DNA from: Octopus sinensis
Lineage: Eukaryota
Length of the DNA: 64,000 bases
Reading direction: 5' to 3'
Assembly: GCF_006345805.1 (NCBI RefSeq)
Contig: NC_043017.1
Span: forward strand, 17,484,001 to 17,548,000
Shown: piece by piece, positions 57,960 through 64,000 of the stretch
Numbering within the stretch: the stretch's first letter is position 1
Layout: every line of letters begins with the position of its first letter
Notes under the pieces: generated by a model
What the model saw: only the letters and a program-made list of their open reading frames with translations
Told to the model about the DNA's origin: nothing
Databases searched by the model: none
Made by a program: the position numbers and the translations under genes

Positions 57960-59390
57960 CATTCGCTTTCTTCCAAGGAATCTAATGCTCTTAGCTTAGT
58001 TTTTCCTTGGGATTGGCCAGATAATTCTTATCTCTACCTTGCAGCACTTGACAGTGAACCCATTTGCTAGAGATTACCTGATGAGTAGCACCTTGTCATC
58101 AGCAATTATCAGCCAACCAATCACCAATCGTGATGCCACTTCCACAAAAACTGCTCATCAATCCTGTTCATAAAATTTATGAGAAGAGGTACAAATACAC
58201 ACTCTTGTTGAAGTCCAACGCCCACATTGAAAGGTTTTAACTTTGCACCATTTACCCAAAAAGTAACCTTTGGGCATTCATATAGACACTTCAATTAGAG
58301 CACTCTCTCTCTCTCATCTCCCTTTTTAAAAATTAGGATTATCACCCTGGCTTACCATCTTTCCAGAGGTTCAAGCCACCTGACATACACAAGTCAGAGA
58401 CTACCTCTGTTTAAGGCTTTTAACATCTCTGGCCTAATTTCGTCCTTTCCAGCATTCTTGTCACATTTGTTAATTTTAATCTCCCTTGTTACTTCATCTT
58501 CTGCAAGGTTAGTCTTCACCCCTAGATGCATCTCATGTCCACCAGAAGATTTTATTGTAACTGGACTTAGGAGAGCAGCAAAGTATTCTTTCCACTTCCC
58601 AAGCATACTCTTCTCTGTAAAGAGAATAGCAGCTGAGTCCTTAATGATGGGCATGGAAGAGGGTTTTTCATCACAAAATCAGCAGATGGTTTTCCAGAAT
58701 ACTTTTAGATTGCTAAAGTTAGAGTCCAGCTTCACCTCAGAGTCCTCCCATGACTTAGCTGTAGATATTTTACTGTCTCTGCTGCAACTTTTTGTGCCTC
58801 TGTGTACTGCATGTGCTAAAGGGGAGACTTGGTTCCAAACCAAGCTCTGTGGCCACCTTTGTTCAGGTGGTATCTTTAACTTCCTGATTAAATCATTTTG
58901 ATTTGCCACATGGTACTGAACAAAACAATCTCAACTCCATTTCAACATCCTCAGTTTGTGCAACAGTGTCTGCACATTCGTTTCTGATTCTATCATCTAC
59001 CAGGGCCTTCCACTTTATCTTGTAAGTCATACCAAACTTATCGGTCTTGTTAGTTCCCCATGCTGTAAATAGTCTCATGTTCCAGACAACTAGGTGGAGG
59101 TCATTTAATAGCTCAGCTCCTCTTTTTATGTGGACATTCAGCACAGAATCAACAAGGTCAAAGGCAATAACAAAATCTACCAATAATTTCTGTCCAGAAG
59201 TATCCCTATACCAGGTATACTTATGGATAGCCCTGTGCTCGGAGAATGTGTTCATAATGGAGAGCCCATTTCTAGCACAAAGTTTAGTAAGGACCCCTCC
59301 ATTCACTCTGAGTTCAGGCTTACCATTCCCCTCAATCACTCTTTTCCAAATCTGGTGACCAGTGCCAGTATATGCATTAACTCTTTAGTG
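57960..59390 (-). mobile_element. RTE-like LINE fragment (apurinic endonuclease C-terminus, linker, RT start)
   Basis: NGLSIMNTF..H..HKYTWY...VDFVI...DLHLVV; KWKEYFAALL; AGKDEIRPEMLKAL; multiple frameshifts. Confidence 0.8.
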
Positions 59391-61303
59391 TTCACATTAT
59401 TCTGCCAAAATTAATGCCTCTTTATCCACATTGTTTTGAACTAATCATGCATTATCTTGTAGCTATGAGATTTTGATGAGGTAGCTGTTAACTTTTAAGA
59501 TGATGTTGTAGGGTTGGTGTAAGAGACCAGATCTAGCCAGTTTGAACGTAAAACAGGCAGAATACTTTTGGCCGGATATGGCCGGTTTAAATGCTAAAGG
59601 GTTAAGATTCCCTTGCAGGATAAATGACTTGGTCTTAACTATATTTGAAGCTGCAACTTTTTCAAGGAGGAATTTATATTTGGTGTATATACTTGCAACA
59701 GCCACACCTGTCCTTCCTAAACTTCAACAAGCAATTAAACCTAGTCAAAAGATTTTTTGTGTTTCTTTACATATGAAAATATATCCCAACATATTCTATT
59801 GTTTGTTGCCATTGCTTTGCCAGAAGCTCAAGTCCATGCTTATATCATTTGGCTCTAAACCTCACCCACATTGTTGAACCTCCATCTGTGCAGGAAATGA
59901 GCCATGGCTCAGAAAAGATGGTAATCTGATGGTGCAAGATCTGGACTGTAGCATGGTCAGACAACATTTCCAGTACCCCCCCACCACCACCATTTTGGTT
60001 AGTCACATTGACCAGTGCATTGTCATGTTGTAGGAATATGAGTCACAAGGCTTTGGTCAGCCCAAGGCTTGCTTACCAACTACATGGTTCTGGGTTCAGT
60101 CCCACTGCATGGCACCTTGGGCAAGTGTTTTCTACTATAGCCTCGGGCCAGCCAAAGCCTTGAGTGGATTTTGAAAAAAGCCCATCGTATGTATATGTGT
60201 GTGTGTTTGTCTTCCCAACATCGCTTGACAACCGATGATGGTGTGTTTACGTCCCCGTAACTTAGCAGTTCAGCAAAAGAGGCCGATAGAATAAGTCAGC
60301 CCAAGGCTTGCTTACCAATCACATGGTTCCAGGTTCAGTCCCACTGCGTGGCACCTTGGGCAAGTGTCTACTATAGCTTCGGGCCGGCCAAAGCCTTGTG
60401 AGTGGATTTGGTAGACGGAAACTGAAAAAAGACCATCGTATATATATATGTATATGTGTGTCTGTGTTTGTCCTCCCAACATCGCTTGACAACCAATGCT
60501 GGTGTGTTTACGTCCCCGTAACTTAGCGGTTCAGCAAAAGAGACCAATAGAATAAGTACTAGGCTTACAAAGACACTTGTGCAAGGTTCCATGCAGTGGG
60601 AGTGGATCCAGAACTGTGCAGTTAGGAAGCAAATTTACTATTCAAATTTCAATATTTTCAAGGTTACTGCAATTCTTGTTATACCATGCGGTTTCAGGTG
60701 ATTCTATCTCATATAGGATGTTTAGAGTTAAAATGACATTTCAAGAATTTCCTTTTGAAAATCTTGAAGAAACAAGGTAATTCACAATAAACTGAAATAC
60801 AATGTACTTTTTAAATTTTTTTTATTTACTTTTTAAAGTTCCCATTGTTTTTGTTTTATCTTGAGAGAGAAATACAAACAAAAAAAAAAAAAATTAAGCA
60901 AAAATAGAAAAAAAAAATTCTCTGAAATCTTCACTAGGAAACAGTAAAGAAATCTAGCGAGAGAATGGTTTAATGTAATAACCCAGTTCTACATGATGAA
61001 AAAAATTATTTTCAAAAATTAAAAAATAGTCAACAACAAAAAAGAACAAAAAATTTCTCATTAATGATTTAGCAAATAGTACCACTGAGTTTGGAAATTA
61101 AGAAATTTAAGGAAATTTTGTGGGAATTTTTTTTTTTTTTCTCTTTCAGTTCTTTAAAATTTTTTTTCCTTGTAAGTTCAATAAGTTTGGTTTACTGATT
61201 TGTTTTTTTTTTTTTTTTTCAATATTATAATTCGTATATATTATGATAGTTATTATTTATTAAAACGTTTTTCCATTTCTTTTTTTTTTTTTATATTTTT
61301 GCT

Positions 61304-61494
61304 CTATTTAATCATTCCACATCTCTGCTGCAAGAACTTGGAAGATATACGTTGAAAATTATCTTGCAAATATCTATCACCACCGTGTTTCTGCCACTCA
61401 TTTTCAAATGTGTTCTCGAGAATCTCGGCACCTTTCTTCAGCTGTAAGCCGGTCTCTTCCAGACTCAGCTCACACATCTGCATGTCGTCAACAC
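61304..61494 (-). CDS. Last coding exon of an unidentified protein-coding gene (VDDMQMCELSLEETGLQLKKGAEILENTFENEWQKHGGDRYLQDNFQRISSKFLQQRCGMIK*)
   Basis: Good acceptor (ttttttgtttgcttatcag at 61495), balanced non-repetitive codons, TAG stop, followed by a long A-rich UTR-like tract (60780-61303 on the minus strand). Confidence 0.75.
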
Positions 61495-61949
61495 CTGATA
61501 AGCAAACAAAAAACACATTTCACTAGCTTTAAATTGAAATTAAAAGGCAGAAAAGAGATGAGACACAGAAACTACTTGATAACTTTGAATAAAAACTGAT
61601 AGAGTAGAAGTCCTGATAAAATGTATTTAGTCAGTGCAGTAAAACAGTTGGCATCCAGCAGTTAAAAGTTTGCAAGGAAAGAGAAACGAAAAGTAGTTCA
61701 TACATACACAAATCTTTTATCTTTTGTTTCAGTCATTGGATTGCGACCATGCTGGGTCACTGCCTTGAAGAATTTAGTCAAATAAACGGACCCCAGCGCT
61801 TTTTTTTTAAAGCCTGGTACTTATTTTATTGGTTGTTTTTGCTGAACTGTTAAGTTACAACTTTGCTCTAACCAAAAACTACCTTCGAAAAGTGTCATGT
61901 CATTTTGCTTTTTTAAGCTAGTTTTATATAATTAATATACTCTCTCTCT

Positions 61950-62335
61950 CTTTTACTTGTTTCAGTCATTTGACTGCGGTCATGCTGGAGCACCGCCTTT
62001 AATCGAGCAACTAGACCCCGGGACTTATTCTTTTGTAAGCCCAGTACTTATTCTATCGGTCTCTTTTGCCAAACCACTAAGTAACGGGGACATAAACACA
62101 CCAGTATCGGTTGTCAAGCAATGCTAGGGGACAAACACAAACACACATATATATATATATACATATATACGATGGGCTTCTTTCAGTTTCCATCTACCAA
62201 ATCCACTCACAAGGCTTTGGTCGGCCCGAGGCTATAGTAGAAGACACTTGCCCAAGGTGCCACGCAGTGGGAACGAACCTGGAACCATGTGGTTGGTAAG
62301 CAAGCTTCTTACTACACAGCCACTCCTGCGCCTAT
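61950..62335 (-). mobile_element. SINE family C, near full length (copies about 3305-3705 +, 8043-8455 +, 32105-32420 +, 40235-40580 +, 60056-60570 +, 63812-64000 -)
   Basis: tRNA-like head gtggctgtgtagtaagaagcttgcttaccaaccacatggttcc; conserved core ggcaccttgggcaagtgtcttctactatagcc. Confidence 0.85.
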
Positions 62336-62678
62336 GTTTTATTTAAAAAAAAAAATCTTTCTTCAAATATTTGTGACTGTATCAAGTATTTTTGTAAAAC
62401 CTTATGCATCATATCATCATTTAACATCTTTTTTCCATGCTGACATTAGGGAAAAAATGTTGGATGGCTTGAGAGGCACTGGCAAGGCCCAGGGGTCACA
62501 CCAGGTTCTATACTCCGTTTTGGTCTGGTTTCTATGGCTGGATGCCTTTCCTAATGCCAACCACTTTACAGAATGTTCTGTGTGCTTTTTATGTGGTACC
62601 AGCACAAGTGCTTTTTTTACATGGCACCAGCACTCAGACAAATGCTCTTTACATGGCACCTTGGTCTTAGGATCTGTA

Positions 62679-62715
<37 letters not shown>

Positions 62716-62808
62716 CAAAATTTAGATTCAGATGAATATGGTACTTAAGTTAAAGGCACCAACATTTTTTATGGTATTATCCATATAAATCAAACGGGAT
62801 GATTATAA

Positions 62809-62948
62809 TCAAAATAAGCAACAAGTATATCCGAGGTGGAGTGGTACAATTGTTTCATGCTACTTCATTTAATAAAATGTTTAATAAAATGAAGTAGCAT
62901 GACACAATTGTACTACTCTACCTTGGATATACTTGTTGCTTATTTTGA
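62809..62948. repeat. 140-nt hairpin: 62-bp arms, 4 mismatches, 16-nt loop
   Basis: 62809-62870 vs 62887-62948. Confidence 0.9.
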
Positions 62949-63211
62949 ATATATACATACACATATACATACCCATACATACATACACATATGTACATAC
63001 ATATACATATATATACATACACATATGTACATACATATATATACATACATACACATATATACATACATATACATACATACATATATATATACACATATAT
63101 ACGTACATATACACATATATCCATACACATACACACATCCACACACACATACATGTACATATATATGTACATACATACATATATATACACATACACATAT
63201 ATATATATATA
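62949..63211. repeat. Compound (TA)/(CA)/(TACA) microsatellite
   Basis: Direct inspection; source of several spurious ORFs. Confidence 0.95.
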
Positions 63212-64000
63212 TTGAAAACTACAAGGAATCTTGTGTAGTTCTGCATCAGCAAGACTTGAAAAAATATAGAATTATATATATGTATAAAGCTGCAATGAAG
63301 GCAACCCAACTAGGAGAGCAAAAACCAAGTAAATGATAAAAAAAATTAAAGGTCATGAACTTGATTCCCAGCTGTATGTTGTGTCCTTGAGCAAGACACT
63401 TTATTTCACATTGCTACTGTTCACCCAGCTGGCAATAATGAGTTGTACACGTAATTCACAATGAATCTCCCTGAGAACTATACAAAGGGTATGCATGTCT
63501 ACGGAGTACTCAGTTACTTGCATGATAATTTCACTAGCAGGCTGTTCTGTTGATTGGATCAACTGGAACTCTTGTCTGTGGAACGGTGCCAGTTAACACG
63601 TGAAAATCAGCAGAGCTTGCAATTAGAAAGAATTTTAAACAACTCTAGATTATAATTCTCTTTCCTTGGAACCTCAACTGCTGATGGAATTGTAAGAGTT
63701 CCATGATTATCATGGAACTCTTACTTCATATATATATAAATTAATGGTGGGTGTTTAGATATCAGATTATGGTTTAAATTTGTTAAAGTATTTGGTGTGT
63801 GTGTTGTTTTGTCTGTGTACTCTTTTACTTGTTTCAGTCATTTGACTGCGGCCATGCTGGAGCACCGCTTTTAGTCGAGCAAATCGACCCCAGGACTTAT
63901 TCTTAGCAAGCCCAGTACTAATTCTATCGGTCTCTTTTGCCGAACCGTTAAGTTATAGGGACGTAAACACACCAGCATTAGTTGTCAAGCAATGCTCGGG

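Noticed and set aside
62881-63336. Six overlapping 78-145-aa ORFs (Y/I/H/T or M/Y/V/C rich)
   Set aside because: Translations of a TA/CA microsatellite; the same applies to 57264-57812, 7803-8139 and 33518-33805

Overview
AT-rich, intron-rich animal genomic DNA. The SINE families and microsatellite load look like an octopus (coleoid cephalopod); this is inference, not proven. The window holds two large genes arranged head-to-head. SHPRH (minus strand) has 14 coding exons traced from ATG 17914 down to 835, with its 3' part outside the window. ATAD5/ELG1 (plus strand) is complete: 17 coding exons, 27418-53155, 1830 aa by my exon model, with one GC-AG intron. All exon phases of both models are mutually consistent. 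The last coding exon of a third, unidentified gene lies on the minus strand at 61304-61494. Introns and intergenic DNA are filled with tRNA-derived SINEs, TTAA (piggyBac-type) and 8-bp-TSD MITEs, a decayed mariner, a Tc1/mariner foldback, RTE-type LINE and Penelope-like fragments, and microsatellites. Most notable: (1) a PCNA-ubiquitin writer (SHPRH) and the PCNA unloader (ATAD5) are divergently paired around E2F/ETS-type sites; (2) a tRNA-headed repeat carries a minimal type-I hammerhead-ribozyme fold and is linked to a Penelope endonuclease tail; (3) several long inverted repeats could form dsRNA, including a near-identical pair around the ATAD5 start exon and a 62-bp-arm hairpin. Repeat boundaries are approximate unless a TSD is given.
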